Positions 47,120 to 58,300 of a stretch of 64,000 bases of DNA are shown here, piece after piece (the first letter of the stretch is position 1; every line of letters begins with the position of its first letter). The DNA is from Candidatus Latescibacterota bacterium (GTDB lineage Bacteria; JAAXHH01), in assembly GCA_022821085.1 (NCBI GenBank), contig JAJEEG010000006.1:689330-753329 (forward strand), written 5' to 3'. A program made the position numbers and the translations under genes. The notes below the pieces were generated by a model. That model saw only the letters and a program-made list of their open reading frames with translations, made no database searches and was not told the DNA's origin.

Positions 47120-49222
47120 TCAGGAGTGATCTGTAACCTGCCGCAATCTCAGCGTACCCGACCACGGGTCGATTACGACGGGAGTCAACACGATTTCCGC
47201 ACCCGGTGAAGGCCTGCCCTCCACCTTGACCGCCATCCGCGTTCCGAAATCCGGAAACTCGACCAGGATGTTCCGCTCCCGCGTCTCGAGGACGATCGCC
47301 CTGATGTGGACGTCTTTCAGTTGCGCGAGATGCTTGAGCAGCCAGTACCATTCCCGGCGGGCCTGGATCTTGTTCAGTATCCTGCTTCGTTCGAGGGCGG
47401 ACAGTTCATCCATCATTTCATCGGCGTCGTAGGCCGGGGGGCCGTCCGCCAGGCCCGCCCGCAACTGCCGCTGAAGGACCAGGTCGGCGTAACGCCGGAT
47501 CGGCGACGTGATCTGGCAGTAGGTGTCTACGCCCAGGGTGGCGTGCGGACGGGACTTCAGGCTGAGTTCGAGGGGCTTCATTCTTCGCAGTACCAGGAAG
47601 CGCCAGACCGCGTCGTGCTCCGCCTGCTCCAGGTCGCCCAGGTCGGTCTCGGCCTGGGTACGGTAAATCGCGGGCATGCCGCGGCCGGCCAGGTACGCCG
47701 CGGCGGTCCGGTTGGCGAGGATCATCAGTTCCGACACGATGTGTTCGGACCGGGTGGAGGTGTCCCGGAGCACGATCCGTATACGTTTCTCCCCGTCCAC
47801 CTTGATCGAGACCACGCTGCGTTCCAGGTCGACCGCGCCCTGGTCGATGCGACGCTGGTAGAAGACGTCCACCGCCTGGTTCAGGATCTGCAGCACTTCG
47901 GCGTAGGGTTGCTCGATCGTCCCCAGCAGCCGGTTGGCTTCGTCGTAGGACAACCTCGCCCGGTTGACGATCAGGGTCGGCATGATCCGGGAATCCAGCA
48001 GCTCGAAGTCGTTGGACAGGGTGAAGAAGAAACTGATGGCGCAGCGCCTTTCACCCTCGAGCAACGCACAGTGGTCCTGGGAGAGGCTGGTGGGCAGCAT
48101 GGGTACGTGCCGGTCCGGCAGATACAGGGACGACATACGCTCCCGCGCGGCGAGGTCCAGGACCGAATCCCGGGGCACGAGGTCCGCCACGTCGGTGATA
48201 TGCACGCCGATCCGGTAGCCGTCCTCGGTCCGTTCCGCGGAAAGGGCGTCGTCTATATCCTGCGTGGATGCATCGTCTATCGACAGGATCGGCAATCCGG
48301 TCAGGTCTTCCCGGCCTGATTCGGAGGATCGGCAGGCCGCGGCGTATTCGAGCACCTCGCCGGTGAACCCGGTCGGTATCTCGTAACGCAGCAGATCGAG
48401 ATTTTCGTCTTCGTCCCAGAACCCCTTGCGTACCATGACTTCGAAAACCGCTCGCTGCGGATCGCCGCCCGCCAGGGTGGGCATCTCCTTCAGCAGGCTC
48501 CGCACCTGGTCTATCGCGGCGTATTCGTCGCCCTGAATGACGTACTCCCTGAGGTGGGACAGCCAGCGCTTCTGACGGTTCGTCAGGGATTGAAGGTCCT
48601 GTTGCTTTTCGTCCGCGAGCCAGCGGTCGAACCCTTCCCGTTCGGTGTTCACGGCGCGCTGACGGGCCTCTTTGTCCAGGATACTTCTGACCTGGTCGGA
48701 CGTGCGGGACGTGAAGCCATTGTCCCGTTCGCAGAAGTACAGGCACTGGCGGCTCAGGTGCAGCAGCATGGCCGCCCGCTGCTCGGGCGAACCGGGTTCG
48801 CCCCAGTACAGTTCACCGATGTCTTCCGAGGTGAATATGGAGGGATCGTCTTTGAGGACATCCCAGACCTCTTCAAGGTCGAAGGAAAGGGCCTGGTCCT
48901 CGATTTTCCTCCGGACGGCCAGCATTTCCGGGAGGTCGCGGACCCGGATATCGGTGTACCGCACGATGGGGTCCGTCGAGATGTCCATGACCCGGTTGGC
49001 GGAGGTCGCCACCTTGAGTTTCTTCCGGGAAACCGCCTGCACCATGCCGATCTGAATGTCCCCGCGATGACGGAAGATGATCAGGTCGCCGATATGCACG
49101 GAGTGCTCGTTTCTTTCGGATTCAAACCGTTTGAACACGCGTGTTTTCACGCATTTATCCTGTGTCCGGACCGGGTCGAAGTCAAGCGAATTCACGGGCG
49201 GCGGGTAACCGGTTGACTTCAA
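47120..49222 (-). CDS. rnr: RNB-family 3'-5' exoribonuclease (RNase R/II-like)
   Basis: 700 aa product. RNB catalytic motifs (IDDASTQDIDDAL, ITSPIRRYADLV). C-terminal S1-like region. Confidence 0.85.
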   Translation of the reverse strand: MKSTGYPPPVNSLDFDPVRTQDKCVKTRVFKRFESERNEHSVHIGDLIIFRHRGDIQIGMVQAVSRKKLKVATSANRVMDISTDPIVRYTDIRVRDLPEMLAVRRKIEDQALSFDLEEVWDVLKDDPSIFTSEDIGELYWGEPGSPEQRAAMLLHLSRQCLYFCERDNGFTSRTSDQVRSILDKEARQRAVNTEREGFDRWLADEKQQDLQSLTNRQKRWLSHLREYVIQGDEYAAIDQVRSLLKEMPTLAGGDPQRAVFEVMVRKGFWDEDENLDLLRYEIPTGFTGEVLEYAAACRSSESGREDLTGLPILSIDDASTQDIDDALSAERTEDGYRIGVHITDVADLVPRDSVLDLAARERMSSLYLPDRHVPMLPTSLSQDHCALLEGERRCAISFFFTLSNDFELLDSRIMPTLIVNRARLSYDEANRLLGTIEQPYAEVLQILNQAVDVFYQRRIDQGAVDLERSVVSIKVDGEKRIRIVLRDTSTRSEHIVSELMILANRTAAAYLAGRGMPAIYRTQAETDLGDLEQAEHDAVWRFLVLRRMKPLELSLKSRPHATLGVDTYCQITSPIRRYADLVLQRQLRAGLADGPPAYDADEMMDELSALERSRILNKIQARREWYWLLKHLAQLKDVHIRAIVLETRERNILVEFPDFGTRMAVKVEGRPSPGAEIVLTPVVIDPWSGTLRLRQVTDHS

Positions 49223-49354
49223 CCGGCCGATGGGATATCATGCGGATAGCCGGGTTGCGGCACCGCGGGACACAGGCGATTCGAATGGGACGGGGACGTT
49301 AGCTAAGGGACACGGAATGCAGTTAAGGAAAAGGTCGATACGAGAGGAACGAGG

Positions 49355-49993
49355 ATGATATTCGAACAGATTGTAAACGGGGGCGACCGGAACTTCGGTT
49401 ACCTGGTGGCCGACGAGAAAACCCGGAAGGCGGCGGCGGTAGACCCCTCCTACCGGCCCGAATACTATATCAAACGCGCGGGCGAACTGGACGTGGAACT
49501 GGCCTGCATCATCTGCACCCATTCCCATCATGACCACGTGAACGGCAACGATCACCTGATCGAAGAACTGGGCCTCGACGTGGTGATGTACCGGGACGCG
49601 GAGTATTTCTACGATATAGAAGTCAAGGACGGGGAGATCTTCAGGCTGGGTGAACTCGAACTGGCCGTGATCCACACCCCCGGCCACTGCGAGGACGGCA
49701 TGTGCCTCCTGGCGGAAGACAAGCTGATTACCGGGGATACGCTTTTCGTGGGCAAGGTGGGCGGCACGGCCACCGAAGAAGAAGCGCGTAAGGAGTTCGC
49801 CAGCCTCTGGCGCCTGATGGAACTGGACGACGGAATCGGGGTCTACCCGGGCCATGACTTCGGTGTAAAGCCCACTTCGACAATCGGTTACGAGCGAAAC
49901 AACAATCCGTTCATCCTGCAGCCCACCTTCGCGGATTTCCTGCATCTCAAGGAAAACTGGCTCGCCTACAAACAGCGGCACAACATCCCCTAG
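49355..49993 (+). CDS. MBL-fold metallo-hydrolase (glyoxalase II-like)
   Basis: 212 aa product. THSHHDH metal motif. Confidence 0.8.
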   Translation: MIFEQIVNGGDRNFGYLVADEKTRKAAAVDPSYRPEYYIKRAGELDVELACIICTHSHHDHVNGNDHLIEELGLDVVMYRDAEYFYDIEVKDGEIFRLGELELAVIHTPGHCEDGMCLLAEDKLITGDTLFVGKVGGTATEEEARKEFASLWRLMELDDGIGVYPGHDFGVKPTSTIGYERNNNPFILQPTFADFLHLKENWLAYKQRHNIP

Positions 49994-50024
49994 ATCACCG
50001 CGTCCGTTCCCACCTCCAGCCGGA

Positions 50025-51257
50025 TCACCGTACCCGTTGCAGCCCCGATGCGACCTTTCGCACGGCGCCGGCCACGTCGTCGATATCCCCGTCGGTGTAC
50101 TGTTCGTTGAAGGAGAGCATCACGAGCTGACCGAGCAACTCGCGGGTCCTCGGACACATGTCGTCCGCGTATTCGAAGGTGCGGTCCGTGTACGGGCTGA
50201 AGAAGGGGAAACGGGAATCCCCGTAGGTCCGGTGTTCCGCAAGCGCTGCCGAACACTGGAAAATCGGATCGCCGATGTAACCGGCGCTTGCGCCGATCCC
50301 TTCGGCGTTCAGCGCCCGGGCGAAAGTTTCGTTCGAATACCCGGTGACCCGCATGGGATACGACCAGTAACTGTGCGTTGCGCCCGGGGTAACCGGCGCC
50401 GGCACGATGCCGTCAAGGTGCTCGATCCCCTCGGACAACCGGCCGCCAAGCCGGTTCCTCGATGCGACGACCCGGCCGACTTTTTCCAGCTGGGCCAGAC
50501 CCACCGCCGAATGGAGTTCCGTGATCCGGCAGTTCATGCCCAGCGGTCCGTACATGCGCGATCCCGCCCGGTCCCGGTCGTAGTGCTTGTCCGCGAAGCT
50601 GCGCATGCAGCGGCCCAGGGCGTCGTCGTTCGTGATGGTCATGCCGCCGTCCCCGGTGGTCATGTGCTTCGACTGCTGGAAACTGAAGCATCCGATGTCC
50701 CCGAAGGTGCCCAGCAGCTTTCCCCGGTAACCCGTCAGGTGAGCCTGGCAGCAGTCCTCGATGAGCGGAATCCCCTTGCGGCTTGAAATCTCCGCCAGGG
50801 CCTCCATCCGGCAGGCGTTGCCGAAGAGGTGTATGGCGATGATCGCCCGCGTCCGCGGCGTGATGAGCCGTTCGACGTCCTCCGGGTCCACGGTAAGCGT
50901 CTCCGGATCCGTGTCCGCGAAGACCGGCACGGCGTTCTGGTACAGGATCGGGATGATCGTGCCCAGGTCGGTGATCGCGCTCGTGATGATCTCATCCCCG
51001 GGTTCCGGGTTCACCGTGCCGACGGCGACATGCAGGGCCGCGGTTCCCGACGTGGATCCGACGGCGTGCTTCACACCGTAGGCTTCGGCGAAACGGCTCT
51101 CGAACAGCGGGGTGAGCTCGCCGCCCCAGCGAAAGAGGTTCTGGGAACGCAGCGCTTTCGTGACGAGCCGTATTTCCTCGTCTCCGAATGGCGTCCGGGC
51201 GGGAAAGGGGCGGGATTCCGTATCCCGGTAGGGCGATCCGCCGTGGAGGGCTAACAT
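50025..51257 (-). CDS. DegT/DnrJ/EryC1/StrS-family PLP-dependent sugar aminotransferase/dehydratase
   Basis: 410 aa product. Family similarity throughout (FESRFAEAYGVKHAVGSTSGTAALH..., SFQQSKHMTTGDGGM). Confidence 0.8.
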   Translation of the reverse strand: MLALHGGSPYRDTESRPFPARTPFGDEEIRLVTKALRSQNLFRWGGELTPLFESRFAEAYGVKHAVGSTSGTAALHVAVGTVNPEPGDEIITSAITDLGTIIPILYQNAVPVFADTDPETLTVDPEDVERLITPRTRAIIAIHLFGNACRMEALAEISSRKGIPLIEDCCQAHLTGYRGKLLGTFGDIGCFSFQQSKHMTTGDGGMTITNDDALGRCMRSFADKHYDRDRAGSRMYGPLGMNCRITELHSAVGLAQLEKVGRVVASRNRLGGRLSEGIEHLDGIVPAPVTPGATHSYWSYPMRVTGYSNETFARALNAEGIGASAGYIGDPIFQCSAALAEHRTYGDSRFPFFSPYTDRTFEYADDMCPRTRELLGQLVMLSFNEQYTDGDIDDVAGAVRKVASGLQRVR

Positions 51258-51260
51258 GGG

Positions 51261-51794
51261 CTAAAGGTCCATCCGGTACCGGCACTTCCACTTCGTGTCC
51301 CACCGGTAAAGCGGATCGCTCGGGGGAATTGGGACGGTCTCTACCAGCGTCGAACCGATGATCTCGCAGGTCCTTCTGGACGCCGCGTTCTCCGGATTGC
51401 AGGTGATCCAGAGCGGGTTGATCCCGTGTGCCCGGGCGAGCGGCAGGATGAGCAGGCAACTGCGGGCGGCCAGCCGGCGGCCTCGATAGGGCGGGTCCAC
51501 GGAGTATCCGATATGGCCGGCGTACTTCTCGATATGCTCCGTGTGGCCGATGCGCAAGGTCAGCCTTCCCATCACGGTGGCCGGACCGCCCGGTTCGACC
51601 GGACCGCCCGCCCGTACCATGTCGAAGATGTACTCGGGAACGATGCCGCGCCGTGCGTCGCCCTGCAGCGTCCCGTGGAGCCGCAACCGCAGATCCCCGT
51701 CCACGAGCACGCCCGTGTCGCGAAAGTGGAACGGGACGTCCTCGACCTTGAACCGGTTCCTGAGGGTGGTAAAAAACAGACTGAAGTTTTTCAT
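51261..51794 (-). CDS. GNAT-family N-acetyltransferase
   Basis: 177 aa product. Acetyl-CoA binding-like region (RGRRLAARSCLLILPLARAHG). Starts 4 nt downstream of the DegT gene. Confidence 0.6.
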   Translation of the reverse strand: MKNFSLFFTTLRNRFKVEDVPFHFRDTGVLVDGDLRLRLHGTLQGDARRGIVPEYIFDMVRAGGPVEPGGPATVMGRLTLRIGHTEHIEKYAGHIGYSVDPPYRGRRLAARSCLLILPLARAHGINPLWITCNPENAASRRTCEIIGSTLVETVPIPPSDPLYRWDTKWKCRYRMDL

Positions 51795-51859
51795 CGAGAA
51801 CGGTGGACATCCCCCGCGGCTTTATGGGGAAGGCTGATGGTCCACGCCCCTAGCGCCCG

Positions 51860-53302
51860 TCAGTATCGATAGTGATCGGGTTTGTAGGGGCCTTCGATGG
51901 GGACGCCGATGTAGTCCGCCTGATTACGGGACAGCCGGGTCAGCTTCACGCCCAGTTTTTTAAGGTGCAGCCTGGCCACCTCCTCATCCAGGTGTTTCGG
52001 CAAGGTCGTCACGCCGGTCTCGTGTTCATTGAGCCGAAGGTCGATCTGCGCGATCACCTGGTTGGTGAAGGAACTGGACATGACAAACGAAGGATGGCCC
52101 GTGGCGCATCCCAGGTTCACCAGTCTACCCTCCGCGAGCAGGAAAACGGCGTGTCCGTCGGGGAAAACATACTTGTCCACCTGGGGCTTGATGGGCTGTT
52201 TCACGATGCCCGGGTATTCGTTCAGCGCGTCCACCTGGATTTCGTTGTCGAAGTGCCCGATGTTGCATACGATGGCCTGGTCCTGCATGTGCTCCATGTG
52301 CTCGACGCGTATGATGTCCCGGTTCCCCGTCGTCGTAACGAAGATCTGGCCCTGGTCCAGCACGTCTTCGAGGGTGGTTACCTCGTAACCTTCCATGGCA
52401 GCCTGAAGCGCGCAGATGGGATCGATCTCCGTGATCACCACGCGCGCGCCGAATCCCCGCATCGACTGGGCGCATCCCTTGCCCACGTCGCCGTATCCAC
52501 AGACGACGACCGTCTTCCCGGCAACCATGACGTCGAGGGCGCGCTTGAGACCGTCCGCGAGCGATTCACGGCAGCCGTAAAGGTTGTCGAACTTGGACTT
52601 GGTCACGGAATCGTTGACGTTGATGGCCGGGAACAGGAGCTTGCCTTCCTCCATCATCTGGTACAGCCTGTGTACGCCCGTGGTCGTCTCTTCGGATACG
52701 CCGCGTATGCTCGCGCTCATATCGTGCCAGAATCGCGGGTTCCGGTCGAGCTGCCTTCGGAGTATTTCGTTGATGATCTGCAGTTCCCGGTTGTCCGTGG
52801 GTTCATCCAGGATGGCGGGGTCGTCCTCGGCCGCCACGCCACGGTGTATAAGGAGCGTGGCATCACCGCCGTCGTCAACGATCTGCGTGGGTCCGGTCTC
52901 GCCTTCGAAGGTCAACGCCTGCAGCGTGCAGGCCCAGTATTCCTCCAGGCTTTCCCCCTTCCACGCGAAGACGGGTACGCCGTCGTCCGCGATGGCGGCC
53001 GCCGCGTGGTCCTGGGTCGAGAAGATGTTGCAGGAAGCCCACCGTATATCGGCGCCCAGGGCCCGGAGTGTCTGGATGAGCACGGCGGTCTGGATCGTCA
53101 TGTGGAGGGAACCCATGATCCGCGTGTCCCGCAGCGGCTGTTCGCGGGCGTATTTCTCGCGGACGGCCATCAGCCCGGGCATCTCCTGTTCGGCGATGGC
53201 GATTTCACGGTGTCCCAGTTCCGCCTCGGACAGGTCGGCCACCTTGTAAGACAGGCCGGAGTAGTCGGGCAAATCGATGGTGGTCGGCAATTCCTTCGCC
53301 AT
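51860..53302 (-). CDS. ahcY: Adenosylhomocysteinase
   Basis: 480 aa product. Full-length SAHH with the NAD-binding motif [13 protein letters not shown] and the bacterial long-form insertion. Confidence 0.95.
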   Translation of the reverse strand: MAKELPTTIDLPDYSGLSYKVADLSEAELGHREIAIAEQEMPGLMAVREKYAREQPLRDTRIMGSLHMTIQTAVLIQTLRALGADIRWASCNIFSTQDHAAAAIADDGVPVFAWKGESLEEYWACTLQALTFEGETGPTQIVDDGGDATLLIHRGVAAEDDPAILDEPTDNRELQIINEILRRQLDRNPRFWHDMSASIRGVSEETTTGVHRLYQMMEEGKLLFPAINVNDSVTKSKFDNLYGCRESLADGLKRALDVMVAGKTVVVCGYGDVGKGCAQSMRGFGARVVITEIDPICALQAAMEGYEVTTLEDVLDQGQIFVTTTGNRDIIRVEHMEHMQDQAIVCNIGHFDNEIQVDALNEYPGIVKQPIKPQVDKYVFPDGHAVFLLAEGRLVNLGCATGHPSFVMSSSFTNQVIAQIDLRLNEHETGVTTLPKHLDEEVARLHLKKLGVKLTRLSRNQADYIGVPIEGPYKPDHYRY

Positions 53303-53661
53303 GTAAGCACTCCTTGATTCCGTTATTGGGTATGCGGTTACACCGAATCATCCTGAAAAGCGCACCTATTATACGAGGTAGCCTTCTTAAATGCAACAAC
53401 CACGTTACCCGGCAGCAGGCGGTTGCGGCGTTCACCGGGAACTATGCGGCCTTCCCGTCACCCGGCGCGGTTCAAAAATCGCTTGATCACGCTTCCGGTG
53501 CGTCTTATAGTCTGTCCCAACCACAGCCTTTCTACGTGCGGGACGCCCCGGGACAGTCGACGCTGTTGTACGAGGCAACGGATGCTGCGCCGCAAGGCAA
53601 CGGACGAGCCGGTTCCAGGCATCGGACGCGGCGCCACTACGCATCGGACGCGGAGGGAAGC

Positions 53662-53928
53662 ATGATCGACCAGGATTTGCTGGACATACTGGCCTGCCCG
53701 GAAACCAAGGAAGAGGTTCGTCTCGCATCCGATTCCGAAGTCGCATCCCTCAACGAAATGATCCGGGCGGGCAATCTCGTCAACCGGGGCGGCGAGAAGG
53801 TGACGGAGCCCATCGACGGCGGGCTGGTACGGGCCGACGGAAAATACCTCTATCCCATCCGGGATGAGATCCCCATCATGCTGATCGACGAAGCGATTCC
53901 CCTATCCACCGAGGCGGACGCATCCTGA
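53662..53928 (+). CDS. Trm112-like (DUF343/YcaR family) small protein
   Basis: The domain is in the C-terminal 88 aa of the 204-aa tracked ORF: MIDQDLLDILACPETKEEVRL...LYPIRDEIPIMLIDEA. Start taken at the ATG at 53662. Confidence 0.6.
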   Translation: MIDQDLLDILACPETKEEVRLASDSEVASLNEMIRAGNLVNRGGEKVTEPIDGGLVRADGKYLYPIRDEIPIMLIDEAIPLSTEADAS

Positions 53929-53987
53929 AAGGCGCCGCGCGGCACCGAACCTCCAGTCTCACTTAAAACCCGTACAGGCCATTCCGC

Positions 53988-55343
53988 ATGTCCCGTGACT
54001 ACGACCCTTACGCGCTGCGCCCCGAAGATGTGAGAAAACCGCCCGCCGACCGCTGGTCGACGATCCGCCAGCTCGGGCCGGGCCTGCTGTTGACCGGTTC
54101 CATCGTGGGTTCCGGCGAACTCATTGCCACCACGCGGCTCGGCGCCGAGGTCGGTTTCGTGGTGCTCTGGCTCATTCTCCTGAGCTGTGCCGTCAAGGTA
54201 CCTGTACAAAGTGAACTCGGCCGCCACGCCATCGCCACGGGACAGACCACTTTCGTAGCCTTCAATAGAGTGCCCGGACCGCGCTTGCGGGTTTCGTGGC
54301 TCGTGTGGGGAAGCCTGCTGCTCCTGCTCTGGAGCACCATGCAGGTCGGGGGCATTTTCGGTACGATGAGCCTGTCGCTGGACCTGATCTTCCCGGTCTT
54401 CGGAAACACGTCCTGGCTGATCATACTCACCCTGGTCGGCATGGGGCTCGGCCTCGTAGGCCAGTACATGACGCTGGAACGGATTACCACCATCCTGGTG
54501 GCCCTGTTTACTTTCACCACGCTGGCCAGCGCGCTGCTCCTGTTCTGGACCCCCTACGCGGTTTCTCCCCAGGCCCTCCTGGACGGGTTGCGGTTCGCCC
54601 TTCCACCGGACGGCGCCGTGACGGCCTTCGCCGTCTTCGGCATCACCGGCGTCGGTGCATCCGAACTGCTGCTCTATCCGTACTGGTGCGTGGAAAAGGG
54701 ATATGCCCGGTCGGCCGGCCCCCGGGACGGCAGCCCGGACTGGCGGGCGCGCGCCTTGGGATGGATCGGCGTGATGAAAAAAGACGTGTGGCTGTGCATG
54801 GTCATCTACACGCTGGCCACGCTCGCCTTCTTCTTCCTCGGTGCGGCCGTGCTGCACGCCCAGGGGATGGTGCCCGAGGGTTTCGGTACCGTGCAGATCC
54901 TCTCCGGCATGTACACCGAAACGTTGGGGAACTGGGCGTTCTACCTGTTCGGCGTAGGCGCTTTCGTGGTCCTCTTCTCGACCTATTTCGTCACCATCGT
55001 GGGCCAGTCGCGCATGCTGGCGGACGCCCTTTCGGTACTGGGTTTCATTACCTATGCCCGGCCGACCGACCGGCAGCGCGTAGTGCGGGTGATCGGCGTC
55101 CTGCTGCCCCTGGTGTACCTCGTCCTCTATGTCCTGTGGTCTGCGCCGGTCACGATGGTGATCATCGGCGGACTGATGCAGACGATTCTGCTGCCGGCCA
55201 TCGGCTGGGCGGCGCTCCACTTCAGCCGGACCACGGCGAAGGAGGCGGGAGTCCCGCCGTCCAGGTCCATGCTGGTGGCGCTGTCGGCCGCCACGGTGAT
55301 CATGGCGGTTTTCGCGATCTATGCGGTGTGGGTAAGGTTTTAG
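53988..55343 (+). CDS. mntH: NRAMP-family divalent metal (Mn2+/Fe2+) transporter
   Basis: 451 aa product. 11-12 TM helices. Nramp motifs (GPGLLLTGSIVGSGEL, MYTETLGNWA). Confidence 0.8.
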   Translation: MSRDYDPYALRPEDVRKPPADRWSTIRQLGPGLLLTGSIVGSGELIATTRLGAEVGFVVLWLILLSCAVKVPVQSELGRHAIATGQTTFVAFNRVPGPRLRVSWLVWGSLLLLLWSTMQVGGIFGTMSLSLDLIFPVFGNTSWLIILTLVGMGLGLVGQYMTLERITTILVALFTFTTLASALLLFWTPYAVSPQALLDGLRFALPPDGAVTAFAVFGITGVGASELLLYPYWCVEKGYARSAGPRDGSPDWRARALGWIGVMKKDVWLCMVIYTLATLAFFFLGAAVLHAQGMVPEGFGTVQILSGMYTETLGNWAFYLFGVGAFVVLFSTYFVTIVGQSRMLADALSVLGFITYARPTDRQRVVRVIGVLLPLVYLVLYVLWSAPVTMVIIGGLMQTILLPAIGWAALHFSRTTAKEAGVPPSRSMLVALSAATVIMAVFAIYAVWVRF

Positions 55344-58300
55344 ACCAGGCCCGAATCCTGGTCTCGTGAACGGCTGTCCGGGTCTCGCGATCCGGGCGGT
55401 CCATAGCCTCCTCCGCCGGCGGAAAGGGCGATGATGCGGTCTCCGGGGAGAATCGGCACTTCGGTCTCCTTCGATTTCAGCATCCGCTCCCTCCCGTTGG
55501 ACACCACCTTGTACCGGTGCGGCAGGCCCGGTGCGCCGCCGAAGAGCCCGAAGGGCGGGTTGACGACGCCGTCTCCCGCCATGTTCAGCTTCGCCGGCTC
55601 GTCCCCCTCGTAGACCATTTCGAATACGGCGCCCAGCCCGCCCCGCCACGTGCCTTCGCCGCCCGAACCAGGCCGCAGGTCGTTCCGTACGATCTTGAAG
55701 GGGAAGCGCTCCTCGGTGATCTCCACGCTGGGGCTTCGAATCGCCCCGGCCACGTTGACCTCGCCCACGCAGGACCAGCCGTCGTATCCCCGGGAAGCGC
55801 CTCCTCCTCCCCGTCCGAAGAAGAAGTGCCAGATGAACCGGTTCCCCGTGCGCGGATTGCGCCCGGTGATCGCGAAACGAAGCCTTCGGGAGAATCCCGC
55901 GTTCACGGCATCCGGCGCTACCGGGGCCAGCGCCTTGAAGACGGCCTCTACGATCTCCTCCCCGCAGTGGTTGGTGCTCATGCACACCGGCGCGGGAGGA
56001 TTCGGGTTCACGATCAGGCCCCTGGGCGCGATGACCTTCACCGGCCGCATGGACCCCTCGTTCTTGGGCACGTCCGAGGGCGCCATGTACATGATGGCGA
56101 CGTGGGCGAGCGAGCGCGTGTTGGCATAGGCGCTGTTGATGAACCCGGTGACCTGCGGACTCGATTCGCTCAGGTCTATGGTCATGTGGTCGTCCTGGAC
56201 GGTGACCTTTGCCCGGATGGGGATCGACTCGGCGTCGAACCCGTCGTCGTCCAGCAGCGTCTCCCCGAAGTATACGCCGTCCTTCCAGCCGCCGATGAGT
56301 TGCCGGATTCGCCGTTCCGCGCTGTCCAGGATGGCTTCGACGGACGCCATCAGGCCATCGGCGCCGTAATCGTCGAGCAGCGTCTGCAGCCGGCGTGCGG
56401 CGATCTGCACCGATCCGATCTGGGCGTGCAGGTCGCCGGTGAAGTTCTCCGCGTGGCGCACGTTGACCGCCAGCATGTGCAGCAGGTCCTCCCTGGGCCG
56501 TCCCGCTTCGTACAGCCTCACGGGCGGGATGCGCAGGCCTTCGTGGTACAGTTCGCTGGCCGAGGGGTTGTAGCCGCCGTGAGTTCCCCCGCCGATGTCG
56601 CTGTGATGGGCCCGGTTCACGGCGAAGAAGCGCAGGACCCCGTCGCGGAACACGGGGTAGATCGCCGTGATGTCCGGAAGATGGCTGCCGCCGAAGTAGG
56701 GGTCGTTCAGGATGAACAGGTCACCTTCATGGATGTCGTCGCCGAAGTATTCGCGCACCGCTTCGACCGACGGCGGAAGGGCGCTGATATGCACGGGAAT
56801 GCCTTCGCCCTGCGCCACGAGCTGGCCCGTCGCGTCGAGGATCGCGGTGGAGAAGTCCCGGCTGGAGTTCAGGATCTGCGACATGGAGGTGCGGATCATG
56901 ACGTCCGCCATCTCGCGGGCGATCGATTCCAGGCGGTGGGCCACGACCGAGTGGGTAACCGGATCCGACCTGGCCGGGACCGCCTCGGGCGCGTCGGGCG
57001 CCTCGGGCGCGTCGGGCGCCTCGGGCACTTCCGGTGCTTCCGGTGCGTCCATCGCATTCGGTGTCTCCGGCGCTTCCTGCGCCGCGGGTGTAACGGCCAG
57101 GACCATGCCGCCGTAGGGATCGACTTCGAGGCGGTCGCCTTCCTCCACGAGCACGGTGGTGAAATCGGATTCGACGATGGCCGGTCCTTCGATCACGGTG
57201 CCGGGCGCGAGGCCGTCCGCCGCGTAGACCGAGGCTTCGGTCCAGGTTCCTGTATAGATCCTTCGCGTGCCCTTCCGGGCCTCCCCGGCCGTATCGTTCC
57301 AATCCTTCACGGGTAGATCGATAGACGGCAGTTTGCCCGTGACCGTGGCGCGCAGCGTGACTAGGCGGATCTCCTGGTCGAGCTGATGGTAGGAGTAAAG
57401 GGTCTGGTACCGTTCGTGGAAGAGCGAAGCCCATGTGTGCCGTATCGTATCGTCATCCATCGCGAGGTCCGGGACGGTCACGTTCACCTCGTAGATCTGG
57501 TCCAGGTAGCGCATGTCGGCCGTGAACCGGGTGGAAATGTCTCCCTCCGCCAGTCCCTGGTTTCTGAGCCGGGCGATGCCCTGGCCGGCCATCCGTTCCG
57601 TCAGGCGTCTGACTTCGTCGAGGTCGACCACGTCCAGGCTGGCCGTGAACGACTGGGCGAAGTCGTATCTGAGGTCGGATGCAAGCATGCCGTAGGCCGA
57701 CAGCACGGGTGCCGCCGAGGGCAGGTAGACTTTGCCGATACCCGTTTTCCGGGCGACCTGGCCCACGTGCAAACCCGCCGCTCCGCCGAAAGCCAGCAGG
57801 GAAAAATGGCGGGGATCGCCTCCCCGGCGCACGGTCAGCAGCCTGATGCCTTCGGCCATGGCCGTGGTCACCACGTCGAGGATGCCGCGGGCCGCGTCCA
57901 CCGTGGACAGACCGAGAGGGTCGGCAACGGAACCCCGTACGGCCCGTTCAGATTGATCGGGAAAGAGGGTATTCCGTCCGCCGAGGAAGTTGCCGGGATC
58001 GAGGTAGCCCAAAACCAGGTTCGCGTCCGTAACCGTGGGCTGATCGCCGCCCCGGCCGTAACAGGCCGGACCGGGTTCGGCCCCGGCGCTCCGGGGCCCG
58101 ACGTGCAGCGTTCCTCCGTCGTCCACCCGCGCAATGCTTCCGCCGCCCGCGCCCAGTGTGTGGAGATCGATCATCGGCACGGCGATCTTCCATCCCCCTT
58201 CGTAGTGTTCCCCCGAGACCTGGGGATCGCCTGCTTCGATCACCGAGATATCGGTGCTCGTTCCGCCCATGTCGAACCCGATGAGATCGGAGGCGCCGAT

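Noticed and set aside
53314-53928. 204-aa ORF upstream of NRAMP
   Set aside because: Only the last 88 residues carry the Trm112/DUF343 fold. The N-terminal 116 residues cover AT-rich intergenic DNA and are probably untranslated.
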